Shown here: piece by piece, positions 18,943 through 32,400 of the stretch
Layout of the letters: every line of letters begins with the position of its first letter
How positions within the stretch are numbered: the stretch's first letter is position 1
IMG/VR virus record: IMGVR_UViG_3300025668_000798
Location: 16,364 to 80,363 of that record
Strand: one strand, 5' to 3'
Source: a virus
DNA: 64,000 nucleotides
The notes under the pieces: generated by a model
What the model was told of the DNA's origin: nothing
Databases searched by the model: none
What the model saw: only the letters and a program-made list of their open reading frames with translations
Program-made: the position numbers and the translations under genes

Positions 18943-20775
18943 TTATACTGCCGAACTTACCGTGCTGCTATATGTCCAAGCATTGCTGGCGTTCACACTA
19001 TAAGTCATTATTGTTCTAGTATAAGTTGTTGTTACTGTTGTTGATACACTTGCTATACTAAAGTCACTTACTACCGATTGGTTCTGTACACCGTTACTAT
19101 CAACGCTAACAAACGTTTTACTAACTGCACTATTTACATCAATCGGGTCTGTACTTGAACTACTTGCTACACAATAAACCTTTGCTACTGTGCCTACTTC
19201 TGCTTGTGCTGCTGGTGACAATTCATCTAAAACTGTTCCTACATTTGCTTGTAACGTTACACCCGTTCCCATTCCATCTGTAACAAGACTAAAAAATAGT
19301 GGTTGTGCATTAAGAGCAGTATCTACATATCCCTTTGTAGCAGCGTCCGTTGATGTTGTTGGTGCAGATAGATTTGCTATTTTTTGCTGGGTTACTAATT
19401 GAATTGTACCTGCGCTTTCAATTTGTAAACCTTGTATCCTACTTTTTATTCTGTTACCATCTATGTCGATGTTATCTACTGTAAGAAATCCTAACGTACC
19501 GATATTTGTAAGTCCCGGTGCACTTACAACTGTACTAGATAAGGCATTTGCACTTAAAATATTATTACCATCAATCTTATATGCATAATTAGCAGGAATA
19601 TCAATATTACTCGAACTTGTCCAACTATCAGTTGCAAGTTCCCAAGTCCAGTATTTGTCATCGCCCGATGCTCTAATTGCAATACCAGCACCATCTACAT
19701 CTGCTTCCTCTAACAACGTACTGTCGCTTGTAATAGCTAATTCTATTAACTTATCTTCTACACGTAAATTAGCAACATCTAAGTTTGTTGTATCGCCTTC
19801 GACTCTTAAATTTCCTGTTATTCTTGCATCGCCAGTTACATCTAAATTATATTCTGGATCTGTTTTAAATATACCAACACGTTGATTTATTGTATCAATA
19901 TGAATAGCATCTACTACATCAGGAGCTAAGTCACCGTTGGTATCAACCTTGACTTGTATTTTTATATCAGTGTCTTCGGTTTCTGCCTTGATCAAAATAT
20001 CAGAACCTGTGGCTATTCTAACTAAAGGACTTTGTCCTATAACAATGCCGTTGTTGTTATAAAAGTTAATTTCTGCACTAGTCGTATCTTGCCCTTGACC
20101 AGATTGTGTTGTTAAGAAGTCATTTTGTGTATATTCTACACCAAGACTATCAGTTAGTTTTAAACTGTTTGCTGCTGTTCCGTAGAATTGAAAATTAAAT
20201 AAACTGCTTATGTTTGTTCCAATTTTTATATCAGTAAACCCTGTCTTTGGAATAGCAGGAGTAAATGCTGTTTTACTATGTATTAATACTAGACTTCCAT
20301 TAATAAATTCTTCTGTAATGGTTTGATTTGTGCCTGTTGTATCTCTTATAGTTTCTATGAACTGACCTGATTTTAATTGACTTGTATTATAAGTTGGCCC
20401 TACAAGTTGTATGCCGCTATCGGTAGCAAAATACATTTGTTGATTAGCAGAGTCAATCCAAATATCGCCTTCAACTAATCCTGCTGGTTGTGTAGGTGTA
20501 TAGGTACTGTTATCTGTACTCCTAAATGTTGTGCCGTTATAAACTTTTAATCTGTTTTCTCCAGTATCAAACCATAACTGCCCTTTTACAGGTTTACTAG
20601 GAGGTGCTGTATTAGCAAATGTTTCTAAAAGTTTGATAAAATTTTCATTTAAATATTCACCGAAGCCTTTATAATTCCTACCAATAAAAGTTAAATTTGT
20701 ACTATTTTCATCTATCTTGCCGTCTATTATTTCAGTAAGCAAAGTTCCATCTGTTTTGTTTAATTGATACGCCAT
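18943..20775 (-). CDS. Tail fibre / baseplate wedge fibre protein
   Basis: Same N-terminal domain (GRNYKGFGE..NENF.KLLETFA...GQLWFD), plus RVGIFKTDPEYNLDVTG, LRVEDKLIEL and DAATKGYVD fibre motifs. Confidence 0.7.
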   Translation of the reverse strand: MAYQLNKTDGTLLTEIIDGKIDENSTNLTFIGRNYKGFGEYLNENFIKLLETFANTAPPSKPVKGQLWFDTGENRLKVYNGTTFRSTDNSTYTPTQPAGLVEGDIWIDSANQQMYFATDSGIQLVGPTYNTSQLKSGQFIETIRDTTGTNQTITEEFINGSLVLIHSKTAFTPAIPKTGFTDIKIGTNISSLFNFQFYGTAANSLKLTDSLGVEYTQNDFLTTQSGQGQDTTSAEINFYNNNGIVIGQSPLVRIATGSDILIKAETEDTDIKIQVKVDTNGDLAPDVVDAIHIDTINQRVGIFKTDPEYNLDVTGDARITGNLRVEGDTTNLDVANLRVEDKLIELAITSDSTLLEEADVDGAGIAIRASGDDKYWTWELATDSWTSSSNIDIPANYAYKIDGNNILSANALSSTVVSAPGLTNIGTLGFLTVDNIDIDGNRIKSRIQGLQIESAGTIQLVTQQKIANLSAPTTSTDAATKGYVDTALNAQPLFFSLVTDGMGTGVTLQANVGTVLDELSPAAQAEVGTVAKVYCVASSSSTDPIDVNSAVSKTFVSVDSNGVQNQSVVSDFSIASVSTTVTTTYTRTIMTYSVNASNAWTYSSTVSSAV

Positions 20776-22775
20776 TATACTAGCACTCCATGATAAATTA
20801 TGTAATTAATTGCAACATATGGCGGAGTAATGTCTACAGAACTAGCCAATGTTGGATTATCAACGCCGCCAGTTTTTGTTATACCGCTTGCAGCAGTACT
20901 AGATATTTCTTGGTTGTAAACATCAACGTCTGTTTCTGCACTATTATCTACTTTACTAAGTGCATAATAAGTATCTCCACTGTCACTAGTTAATGTGTGT
21001 TTGTGGTCTGGTATGTTGTTAACATCTAGCGTAATGTTTTCTTCGCCGCCCACGCCGCCTAATTGTCCTATTGCAGGATCACTAATTAATCTATTAGGTC
21101 CAGAAAGTCCGTTGCTTATACCTGTTGGAAATCTTCCTCTAAGATCAGGAATTACGAAGAATGTAGCAGGATTGCTAGATGTGCCCCAATACCATGTATT
21201 GTTATCAGCAGCATCGTAGCCTATTGCAGTTGCTAGTAAAAAGTAATTTAACAAACTTTTTTCACTACCGTCACAAATAAACCAGCCTGTCGGTGCTGTT
21301 AATCCTGCATATGGAACCATTGTTCCTACAGGAATAATTGGAATATTTGCAATTAAATTATTTTGTGTAATTTTCCTAAGACCAGTTCCGGGTCTGTTTA
21401 TTAATATTTCATCAGCGCTCTCTGGCGTAGTTACAGCAGTTTTATCTGCAACAAAAGGTTGATTTATTTGTGTGTTAAATACTTTAGTTAAACCGCCTGT
21501 TTGTCCGTCAAATACTATTGTATTTGTACTACTAACTTCACCTGTCATACTAAATGACGTTGCACTAGTAAGTTTACCTGTACTTCCTGCACTACCCGTA
21601 ACATTACCATTTACATCACCATCTAATGCACCTGTAAATTTGTTTGCAAAAATGTTATTAAACTTATTTGCGTTAGTACCAATATTAGTTATACCAGCTT
21701 CGTCTGGAAAAACGTTGTCAGTAGTAAGCGAACCGCTCAATGACAAAGAACCAGCTATTGTTAAATTATCATTTAGGGTGGCAGCACCTGATACTGTTAA
21801 CGTTCCTGCTGATACAATATTTCCTGTATTTTTAATATTTCCTGTAACGTCTAATGCTTCATTAGGATCAGCAGTTGAAATACCAACATTACCATTATTT
21901 TTTATACGTATAGGAGTTATTTGTGTACCTTCGTTGTTTGTTCGTAAATCAAAAAATCCATTACTTTGAGCTTGGCTTATTATTGCAGTTGTGCCTTCAA
22001 CTTCTAAAGCGATTGTACGTGTGTTACCAATTTCTAATCCATCGTTTGTACGCACTGTAAACGGAAACGAAGTTATTGTAGCTTCGTCATTCCTTGTAAA
22101 TTTATTACCATCAACAGGATTTCCATTTACAAGTAACTGTTCAGCCTTGTCAGCAATGCCTTTAAATCTTCCAACTGTACCTGTAATGTTTGTAGAAACA
22201 TTTATGCCAGGATATAATATACCAAATCCTGGTATTAATATTTTTGGAGTAAACTGAGCACCTACAATTATACTAACTGCAACATTATCTACATAATTGA
22301 TAATTGCTTGCCTATCTGTATTGTCGGTATCTGTAATTACAACTGCTTTTGCACCAGTGTTTATACCGCCAGCAATTTCTGGCCCAACTAAGATCCATCC
22401 GCTTCCGCTATAAATGTATAATTGTTGTGTACCTGTATTAACCCATATGTCGCCTAATACACTATTTGATATATCAGGCTCTGTTGTGCCTTTTTTAAGA
22501 CCGCCTGCACTAACCCAATTGGTGCCATCATATACTTTTAACACATCATTTTGCGATGTATTATCATACCATAATTGTCCTTCGACAGGATTATTTGGAG
22601 GATTGTTATCTGCAAAATTTTCTAGTAAATGTAGAAAATTTGTTAATACTGCTTCGCCAAAGTTTGTGGTATTTCTACCAGGCAGTCGTAAACTTGTATC
22701 TTGGTTTATATCGTTATCGATTACTTCGATACTTCCTTTGTTAACAGAATCAGTAAAGTTAATTTGGTATGCCAT
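20775..22775 (-). CDS. Short tail fibre-like protein with a tail collar domain (gp12/gp10-like)
   Basis: Same N-terminal domain. Collar motif IPVGTMVPYAG..APTGWFICDG...IPDLRGRFP, then NIPDHKH and ITPPYVAINYII. Confidence 0.8.
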   Translation of the reverse strand: MAYQINFTDSVNKGSIEVIDNDINQDTSLRLPGRNTTNFGEAVLTNFLHLLENFADNNPPNNPVEGQLWYDNTSQNDVLKVYDGTNWVSAGGLKKGTTEPDISNSVLGDIWVNTGTQQLYIYSGSGWILVGPEIAGGINTGAKAVVITDTDNTDRQAIINYVDNVAVSIIVGAQFTPKILIPGFGILYPGINVSTNITGTVGRFKGIADKAEQLLVNGNPVDGNKFTRNDEATITSFPFTVRTNDGLEIGNTRTIALEVEGTTAIISQAQSNGFFDLRTNNEGTQITPIRIKNNGNVGISTADPNEALDVTGNIKNTGNIVSAGTLTVSGAATLNDNLTIAGSLSLSGSLTTDNVFPDEAGITNIGTNANKFNNIFANKFTGALDGDVNGNVTGSAGSTGKLTSATSFSMTGEVSSTNTIVFDGQTGGLTKVFNTQINQPFVADKTAVTTPESADEILINRPGTGLRKITQNNLIANIPIIPVGTMVPYAGLTAPTGWFICDGSEKSLLNYFLLATAIGYDAADNNTWYWGTSSNPATFFVIPDLRGRFPTGISNGLSGPNRLISDPAIGQLGGVGGEENITLDVNNIPDHKHTLTSDSGDTYYALSKVDNSAETDVDVYNQEISSTAASGITKTGGVDNPTLASSVDITPPYVAINYIIYHGVLV

Positions 22776-23380
22776 TACGAATTACCTCCGCTTAGACTTT
22801 GTATTCTTACAGTATAATCAATTTGTATTAATCTATTCAAAGACTTTTGCACAGGATGGAAAATAACATGGGTAAGCAATCGTCCATTTCCATCTGCGGC
22901 ATAACTACGTAAACCTAATTCGTCAAAAACAAATTGATTTTCTGAATCACCACTAGTATCAAATGCATCTTGTCCGTTTGGTTCACTATAATCAAGTAAA
23001 CAATTTACAAACAGATCTGTGTAATTCTGTCCACTTACATGACGAATTTCCATTTTATTTCTTGTAGGATCAGTGTTGTTAACACTTCTATCATCTACAA
23101 CTTTGCTGTATGTTTGATTATACAAACTTGCAGTTGTTCCTGTACTATTTGGTGTTAAATATGTAATAACACCTGTAGGATCTACACTTGTGCCACCATT
23201 ACCAAAGCTCATTTCATAAACAAAGCCAGTGCCTTGATTACCTAAACTTTCTGCTAGTGCAATACTCATATTTTCGTAATGTATTGCATTTCTTTTGTTA
23301 ATTAAAACTTCTCCATTCGTAGGGTCATGTATTTTTATATGCCCTTGAATATTAAGTTTATTTGAGTCGTTGTATTGCAT
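22775..23380 (-). CDS. Baseplate-associated structural protein
   Basis: GHIKI.D...KRNAIH, MSFGNGG and FDELGL...LLTHVIFHPVQKS..R.IQIDYTVRI. Lies between the giant wedge gene and the fibre genes. Confidence 0.6.
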   Translation of the reverse strand: MQYNDSNKLNIQGHIKIHDPTNGEVLINKRNAIHYENMSIALAESLGNQGTGFVYEMSFGNGGTSVDPTGVITYLTPNSTGTTASLYNQTYSKVVDDRSVNNTDPTRNKMEIRHVSGQNYTDLFVNCLLDYSEPNGQDAFDTSGDSENQFVFDELGLRSYAADGNGRLLTHVIFHPVQKSLNRLIQIDYTVRIQSLSGGNS

Positions 23381-23405
23381 TTGCTTACCTTTACTTATAC
23401 TGTAT

Positions 23406-26400
23406 TTATTTGCTTAACTTAATTGTTCCTGCTCTTACAAATCTAGCAATTTTAGCATCGCTAATTGATAGATCGTCTGTCCAAAGTTTACCCTCTTTAC
23501 GCTGAACTACAATTCTTACACCAGTTGGAGCATCGTCTCTTAATGTTATTGTATTGTCGTCTGGGTTTATAGTAAACTCTGGTAATTCTATTTCGTCTGC
23601 TTCTGGACTATCTTGATCAATAGTTTTATTGAACACTTTGAAATCTTGTGTAGCTGGTTTTCTAAGTTTTTTGCCGCCTACTACAACTTCAATTTCGTTG
23701 TATGATGTAATATCAAAGTCCATAGTATATATGTTTGTACTACCGTCTGATACAAATATTTGTGTCAAGTCTTTGTCTGCGTAAGGAATAGTTTCTCTTT
23801 CACCTTGTTCCATTAAAATAGTACCAGCAGGGTATTGAGATTTTACACCTGTTCCTAATGTACCTCTGCGTATTTGTCTCAACAAATTGCCTTCAAGCAC
23901 ATAATACTCGATGCGTTCTCCTTCTATAAACACAACACCAGGTTTACCTGTTGTTCTGTTAGGAATAGGAAGGTTTGTTGTATCTTCAACTGATATAAAT
24001 TGATCATAAAAGTTTAGAGGCTGACTTAATTTTACAACAGATTTTTCATTTAATCTTTTGTAATGTACACGGTTTAACATATCTTTAAATATTCTGAAAC
24101 CATATTTTGTTGTTGTTAGTGTTGCTGCAAATTGTATGATTTCAATAATTTCATTATCATTTGGTTTTTTAAACAAATTAACAATAGAATTATCACTTAC
24201 TAATTCATAATCTATACTTGGTCTTAATAATTTATTATTTTGTATTACCCAAACATAATTTACACCAGCAGCAGGTTGATTTAGTTTTATTCTACCATTG
24301 GTTAATGAAATTGCTGTAGGGTATTCTGGACTACTTGAACTTATTACAGGAGAATATAGTACTTCAAAACTCAACCTATCAAAGTTGTTAACGTCATGCT
24401 CACTAAAGGTTATAATTTCAACCTTTTCGTTTACAGCTGGAACTGTTTTAAATGTTAAATTTTCACTTTCAACAAAACGTACATTATCTATTCTTATTGC
24501 TGCCGGATATGCTTCGTCTTTAACACCTGTTAGTTGTAAAGGCACATCGTTTTCTGATGCTTTGACTTTTAATTCTTTAAAGTATCCATTTAATGTTAGT
24601 GTAACACCTGTATCTGTTTCAACTGAAGATTTTACAGTTGCAAATATTTGAGTACTGTCTTCCATTACAAAAGATATTAAATCACCTTCGTCGTGCAGTA
24701 ACCCTTGCTTAGTACTGTCTTCCATATCAGTTAGATCAACTACAGTATCAATGAAATAGTATTCACCGTTACCTAAAACATATATTTCTAAAACATCACC
24801 TACTTTGCCTAACAAAGGATTTAAAAATTCAATTCTACTGTTTATTGCATCCCATCTATAATCAACAGCATCAATAATAATTTTATTGTTTAATAAAACT
24901 AATACATCGTCATTTGAAATTTTTGTAGGTTGTCCAAACTGCCAAGTTTGTATACCATAAACTCTGTCATTTGTTAAAACATGTCTTATGTTATAACCTG
25001 CATTTAAAAATTTATCACCTTGCTTGACTAACATTTTATGAGTAAATGGTTTTTCAGTAAATGGCGTATTATTATTAAATTTGTACACGTAATTTACACC
25101 ATCGCCGATAAACGATTTGTCAACTGTAATTTCACTAAACGATTTAGTGTCATTATTATATAAACTAAATCCAATAACTTCGCCAACTCTAGGTGGTATA
25201 CCAAATCTTATAGCAGCACATTTTTCGTTTTTATATGTAGCATCAGTTTCAAAAATTTCATAAGCAAAACTAGGCTGTTGCACTACACCATTAATAGTTA
25301 CAAAACTACTAATTGGGTTAGTATATTTTACACCTGTTACAAAAATACTAGTAGCACCGTCGCCAATAAATGTATCACTTTCTAAAATATCAGTACCGTT
25401 ATTACCAATAACTAATATATGTAAATCCATATCATCTTGTATAGTGCTGTCATCTTCAAAAATTAACAAATTATTTTCATAATCTATTGTATAGCTTTCG
25501 TCATCAACCTTTTGTCCATTTATATTTACAATAACAGCTTGTTGACTTTGAGGAAGCATATCTATTGAATATGATAATATAGAACTTTTTGTTTTATAAA
25601 TGTAACTTGTTTTGATTCCTTGACCGTCTGCAGGTTTATGTTTAACTTGTATATCTAATGTATCTACAATTTGTCCAGGAACAACTTCTTCAGGACCTGC
25701 ACTTGTAGTCTGTGTAACAAATCCATCGCCATCGACAGTAATTTCTCCACTCTCTAAACCTTTTGCAGTATTATCGTATCCGCCGCCACTCAGTTCTGTG
25801 TCAAGCACATTATCAGCTGGCTCAAAACTACCATCGCTAGTTTCTTTTCTTACAATAAAAATATCGCCTGCTGCTGTAGGAACAGTATCATCTATAGGAA
25901 TTGTATCTTGAATCCCATCACCATATATTGTGTTCATTAACGCATTTTTGTTGATTATTACACTGCTGCCATCAAAATTAGGATCGTCAATACGTACATT
26001 ATTTTTATATATGTTGTAAGAAACACCGTCTTCTAATGGCTTACTTAATGTGAATACCAATGTACTACCATCAAGAACAAATATTTCATCTTCGCTTTCG
26101 CTAAAGATATCCCAAGGAATAATACCAAAGCCACCAACGTCGAACCCTTGATCAGTTGAAAAATCAACACTTTCAATGTTAACACCTTCGTAATCAAGTC
26201 CGGTCATTAACTGTCCTAAATTAATAGTTCCATCTTCGTTTTTAGTAATACCTGGCATGCCTTCTTTTGGATTATAAAAAGCATTTATTCTGTCTGCTGC
26301 GGAAAGCATTGCAGGATCTTTGTAATATGTAATTTCAATAGTTGCATTATTAGCAGGAGCAGTTTCAAATAAAAGGTTGCCTAAATTTCTGCTATAAGTT

Positions 26401-29400
26401 TTTGTAGTATCTTCAACATTACTTAAAGTATAATTAGTGTATAGAACATTGTTGCCATCTACAGTTACGTTTACTCTTGATTTACGTAAATCTAGTGGCC
26501 ATTTAGTGTTGAAAGATTTTTTTGCACCTGTTCCAGTAAATGTTTCTACAGTTTTTAAATCTGTAAACACAAAATTTCCCGACACTCTATCAAACTTCAT
26601 TGTCATATGAGTTGATCGTACAGGACTATCGCCTAATATTGCTATTACTACTGGTAATTTGTAATCATCAGCAAAACTTCCATTTATAGTTATAGTAGGT
26701 TGTGAAGTATATACTGCTTCGTTATATGCAATATCAATTGATGTTAACTTATCTCCTGTTCTATAACCTTTGCCTGTTAGTGTAGGACCATTGCCTCCAG
26801 ATACAGTAACAACAGGTTGATTTAATAACCCATATCCAGCGTCATGTATTACCAATTCTTTGATTTTAAATTTATAATTATCTAACCAATTCTTTTGAGG
26901 ATATGTGTTTACAAACTCTCTATTGCCTACAACATTTGAATTGTAAAACTTTATTGTTTCTGTAACAATTTTATTTTGTATATCGTCATATCGAGGAGGC
27001 AAATCAAAGTCAGTTGTTAGTGTTTGAGAATTTTCTAAATTCTCATATGCACTAATGTACTCTCTGATTTTACTACTGTAAGGCTTGACTTCATTTATAA
27101 ACTCTTTGTAACTATCTAAATTATCTGATTTAAAATTAGTTCGCTGATCAAACATACCGATATTATGCTTTGCTGTTAGGAAACTTGTTTTGAAAATCCA
27201 ATCAACTGTCTGCTGCTCATACAGCGCATATCTTATAGCAGTAAATAATATATCATTAAATTTTATACTTAAATCGTCAATAAAAACTTTATCTTTAAGT
27301 GTTTGTAAAATAATACGTCTTTCATTTACTGGCTCAGTGTCGTAAACTAAATTATCAAATCCTACCTTATCGAATCCAAAATTAGTGTTTTGATATAATT
27401 TAGAACTAAATTGGATAGTGCCGTTTTGTCTACCGACTGTTTTATAATTTACAGTATAATCTACTTCTGTCTGCACATCAATTTTTTGTAGTAACAACCA
27501 GCCGCCTGTGCCAATGTCTTTTATTTTTACAACATCGCCTATAATATCATTAAGCCCATCTAATTGATAACTTCCATCAATTAAATAATTTATAGAAGTA
27601 TTTTCATCATAGCCAGTTGCATACCAATCGGCATAATTCCAAAAGTTTGCAACATTCCATTTTTGATATTGTACTCTATTATAATTTAATGAATAATCAT
27701 ATTCGTATAAAGCCCACTTACCATTTATTGTTGAATCATTAGTGACAAGGAAAGTAAATGGACGTACTGAAACATTTATACTCGAATAGTTCTTGCCTGT
27801 ATTAATAATTGTTGCACCGATGACTCTTCCAAGATTGTCTATTGTTGTTTGAATTTCAGCTTCTGTGCCATTGCCTGTGATAATAACTTTTGGTGCAGAT
27901 TTATATCCATACCCTTGTTCGTCTATAGACACACTTACTAATTTACCATCTAGTAATGTAGGAGTTATAACTGCTAATTTTGCATTAGCAACACCTATAT
28001 TTGCAATTTCGTCAAGTGTAGCAACTTCAACATCAAAAATACCTTCTAATAATCTAGGCTTGATATCATTCTTATCTAGGTCTTTGAGATCTTTAAAATC
28101 TGTAATTATTTGTTGACGCAAAATATAGTTGATACGTTCTATGGTTTGTTTTAGTGCTTCTAAGCTATTTCTAAATAATCCTTGTCTTGGACGATTTTCA
28201 ATACCGTACTTTTTACTTTCTCCTAATTCTAAATCAGGAACAGGTCTTAAGTTTTTATCATATCCAACTAAACTATCAATCCATTTTTCAATAAATGTGT
28301 CTGGAGGATTACTTCCTGCAAGTCCTTCGCTTAACAATTTATATTCAGTATGAATATTTCTATCGTTGATTTCACCTTTATATACATCAATATGTAATGC
28401 AATATCTTTGTCCTTAACAAAAGGTTGTACATTATGCAAAGCAAATTTATCAGTACTCAATGCACTCATAAACACATACCCAGCACTTTGAGGATCTGTA
28501 ATCAGTTGTTCTGCATCATATGAACTTATTTTTTTATTTGTGTTTGATAGTAATCTATTGTTTTGTACCCAGAAATAATATTTGGTGTTAAATGTTTCTG
28601 TTACTGCATTATATTTTCTACCTACACTATATTTAAAATCTCCATATTTACTAAAACCGCTTATACCTAATTCGATTCCTTCGTTTGTATCTGCTAATTC
28701 ATCATATTCGCTAGGTATATAATCACTTTCTACCCATTCATAAACTTGGGTATCACTATCAGGTAATAATTTATTCCAAAAACTAGTTTGTGTTTCTGCA
28801 TTACCTTGAAAAGGATTATACCATTTTGTTGATTCTGTGTTCCACCAGTATGTTCCTACATATTCATTTGCCCAAAAATCTTGGTTATTTGATGTTGTAG
28901 TGTCAACACTATAAGAAGCAGGATCAAATGCTAATTTTAAATCAATTGCTTCATCAGCTACTCCTGCAATTTTTCCTTGTATAGGATCTATTACATCTAA
29001 GAAAGTAACAATATCATTTGTATTTTTGTCAAACAAGAAAGCACGTTTAATTTTACTAATATCAGGCGTATCAATTTGCTCAGATAATTTTGTCCAACTA
29101 TAATTTTGCTTGTCTCTTTTAATATCTAATACTACACCATAATCAGCTGTGTATTCTAATCTTGGATAGCTAATATAAATGTGATTTGCATTTGTAAGTA
29201 ACACTGGAGTACTACTATTTTTTGTATCATAATTCCAATCCAATTCTTCAGCATACAAATAATTGTTGTTGAAATTTTGGAAAATATACACTGTTCCTGC
29301 ATTTGGAAATTTATTAAAAAACTTAGTTGTGTTACTATCAAACGATGTATCATTGTTGCGAACAATTGTTTGGTCAAACAATGTTGGTACAAATCTACTA

Positions 29401-32400
29401 CCATTTGCACTTGCAATTATAAGATTTTCTTCGCTAAAGTTTAAACTAATTCCAAATAATTCACCTGGTTCGCCTGTAGGAGGATATAATGTTTGATTTA
29501 AACCATACTCGTTGCCTGTATATCTGTATACAAAGACCGCTCCGTTATTTGTTCCTGTGTCATCATTTCTAATAGCATTAATAGCAATTGCATTACCATT
29601 TGCACTTACAGCAACTTCACTTCCAAACTCTTGTGCTAAATTTGCTGTTTCAATTGTTTCATAGTATGCATATCTATTATTAACTCTTCTGTACACACTT
29701 ACTACATTTGTGTTAAGTGTATCTTCGCCATTTACAACTAAGACCTCTCCGTTAACACTTACATCAAAACTAGTTGCAATTTTTTGTCCACCAGCAACAC
29801 CTAAATTGTCGCTTTCGTCGTTGAGTAGTTCGTTTTGTGGAGGTATATAACCTTTGTGGTCAACATACTGATCTAGTAATTCCCAATTAGTTTCGCTAAA
29901 TGACTGTGCTGGAAGATCTTTGTTAGCACGCCATAAATGACGATTGCCGTCTGCTCCGCCTGTTGTATTATACCATACAATTTCGCCTTGAATGTAATTT
30001 TCAGTTGGATTGAATGTTCCTCTGTAATTATCATCTCTACTATATTTCCAACTTCCATCAGTTGTGTCATTATCAAAAAAGTAGATTCTTCCTTCGGCTT
30101 CATTACTTGCAATGTAGAGTCTTAACACACCGTCAATATCTTTTCTACATTTTACTATTCTACCAAAATTGTCATCTGATACCGGCTCTGGGCTTAGAAT
30201 AGTGGTTACTAATTCGTATTCATTTCCAACATCTTCTTTTTTATACACACAAACAGCACCTAGTATACTGCCAGTTAAACTTCCATCAGGATCAACATCA
30301 ATTAAATTTGCACGTTCCCAATCTTGGCTCATTTTATTAATAGTGCTTACATCGCTACCATCAACATCAACTTTTGCTCTCCACAATGTTCCTCTGTCGT
30401 TTACTATTTCACCTGCGCTATAACTTGTACCAGGTAATATATTACCTTTATAACGTGTACGCAAGTTTGCAGCATTAGGAGCGCCTACGAATAAAAAATC
30501 ACCGCTTGGAGATAATGCAACGCTGGCTCCGAATTGGCTGTTGGTTCCAACTACACTAGTGTCGGCTTGATAGTTTTCAGGAGAACTAAAGTCGCCGCCG
30601 TCTCCGATACGAGTATATACTATTACTCTGCCGTTTGTATTTGGATCGCCTACTGCTAATTTTGTGTTTGTTTGATTTACTGCTAACGAATCACCAAAAT
30701 TAGTTACAAGTCCAGTTTGTGGATTGACTACTATGTCTTCAACATCATACACAGGTTTATTTTCTAACACAGCCCATTTGTTGTTGCCTATGTCATCTAT
30801 CCATGCTTTGTTACCAACTTGCACATCTGTGTTTCTTAAAATTGTATTGTAGTCATCAAGATTTGTAAATCTACGTGGTGCTACTTGAATTACAATCCCA
30901 GCACTACTGTCAGATAAATCTATATCTTCTGTAATATTTTCTTCAGTATAAAATTCTAATTCTTTATAACCTGTATAAATTACTTGTCTAAATCCATCTA
31001 ACTCATCGTTAATATTTGTCAATCCAATAATATCACCACTTTTTAGGTTGTGGTTGCTATCTAAACTGACTTTAAATCCAGTTAATGTTTTTGTAATGCG
31101 TTCAACTTGATAATTTGTTTTCTTAAATTCGTATACATTCCAAGACAGCTTATCATTCGTTACCCAAACGTACTGCCCTTGTTTGACTAAATTAATATCA
31201 AATCCTAAAAGTTGATCTACTCCACTTGTAATAAAATCGATTTGTGCAGGAGCAACATACCCAGCTGTTTTTGTAACTTCTTCATATTCAGCAAATGGAA
31301 ATAATTTGTTATTATAATTTGCAGGTTTAATGTTTATATCAGATCTTGGAACTTGATATATAAAATCAGATCTAGTTTTGTCTACACTAGATACAAGTTC
31401 AAAAGGCTGAGGAGTAAGTTTATATTTTGATTCATCTATAGTAATTTCAAATTCTTCAAAACTATCTGTGGCGCCGTATTGACCTGCTCTAATAGCCCAT
31501 TCTTCAAAAAATTCAATACTGTCTTTACCAGACGAACTAAGTTTATCAAACAATTTTGTAAGGACATTTTTAGTTCCTTTATCTTGTATCATTCCTTGAT
31601 AAAATTTATATTGACTTATTTCATCATTTATTATATTTTTAAGGTATTCACGCTTTTGATAACCAATAAGATGCTGTGCTAGTCTTTGTTGTTCAGTATC
31701 GAAATTATCTGTGTCTAAATCATAAAAATCAGCAAATTGAGAAGCTCTGTAATCAAAGTTTGGAATTAATTGATTCTTTGGAGTCTCTGTTAATACTGTC
31801 CAATTTGTTTGATCAAAAAATTCTCCACTAGTATGGCTTAGTGTTGCTGTGTAGTATTTGTCTTTGTAAGCAATTACATCGCCGATAATGTAATCAGAAA
31901 AACTCTTCCATTTAGTTGCTTTAGGTTCGTCAAATACAAACCCTGGAATGTTAAGTGTACCTGACCAATCAGCTGTCCTGTATCCTATTACTTTTAATCT
32001 TTCTTGTCTATACCCACTTGTTTCATTATAAATGGTATCTGCAAAAACAGTATCATTATCAATAACAATACAATGTTCTTTTTGAACTAGGAACAATCTA
32101 ACAAAATATACACCAGTGCCTTCGTCATTACTTGCTAGGCTAAATGTGTTATCTGTTTCACGCACTAAATTTACAAAATCCGTTTTGAACAATTTTCCAT
32201 CTTGATCTAAAATTTCATAATTGAATATGCTATCATATAAATTGTCTGGTAAGTAAAAATCACGTTTGAATACAATTTTGTTTGCACTAGGCGATAAACT
32301 AATTACACTTTGATCTCCCCAGTTTTGCGTAGTCCAAAACAAGAACTCTTTTGCAGCTAATCTAAAGTTTTCAACTATACCATATTTTGCATTATTATAA

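Noticed and set aside
14419-22775. Diversity-generating retroelement or invertase-switched fibre tips
   Set aside because: No reverse transcriptase, recombinase, template/variable repeat pair or flanking inverted repeats are visible in this window.
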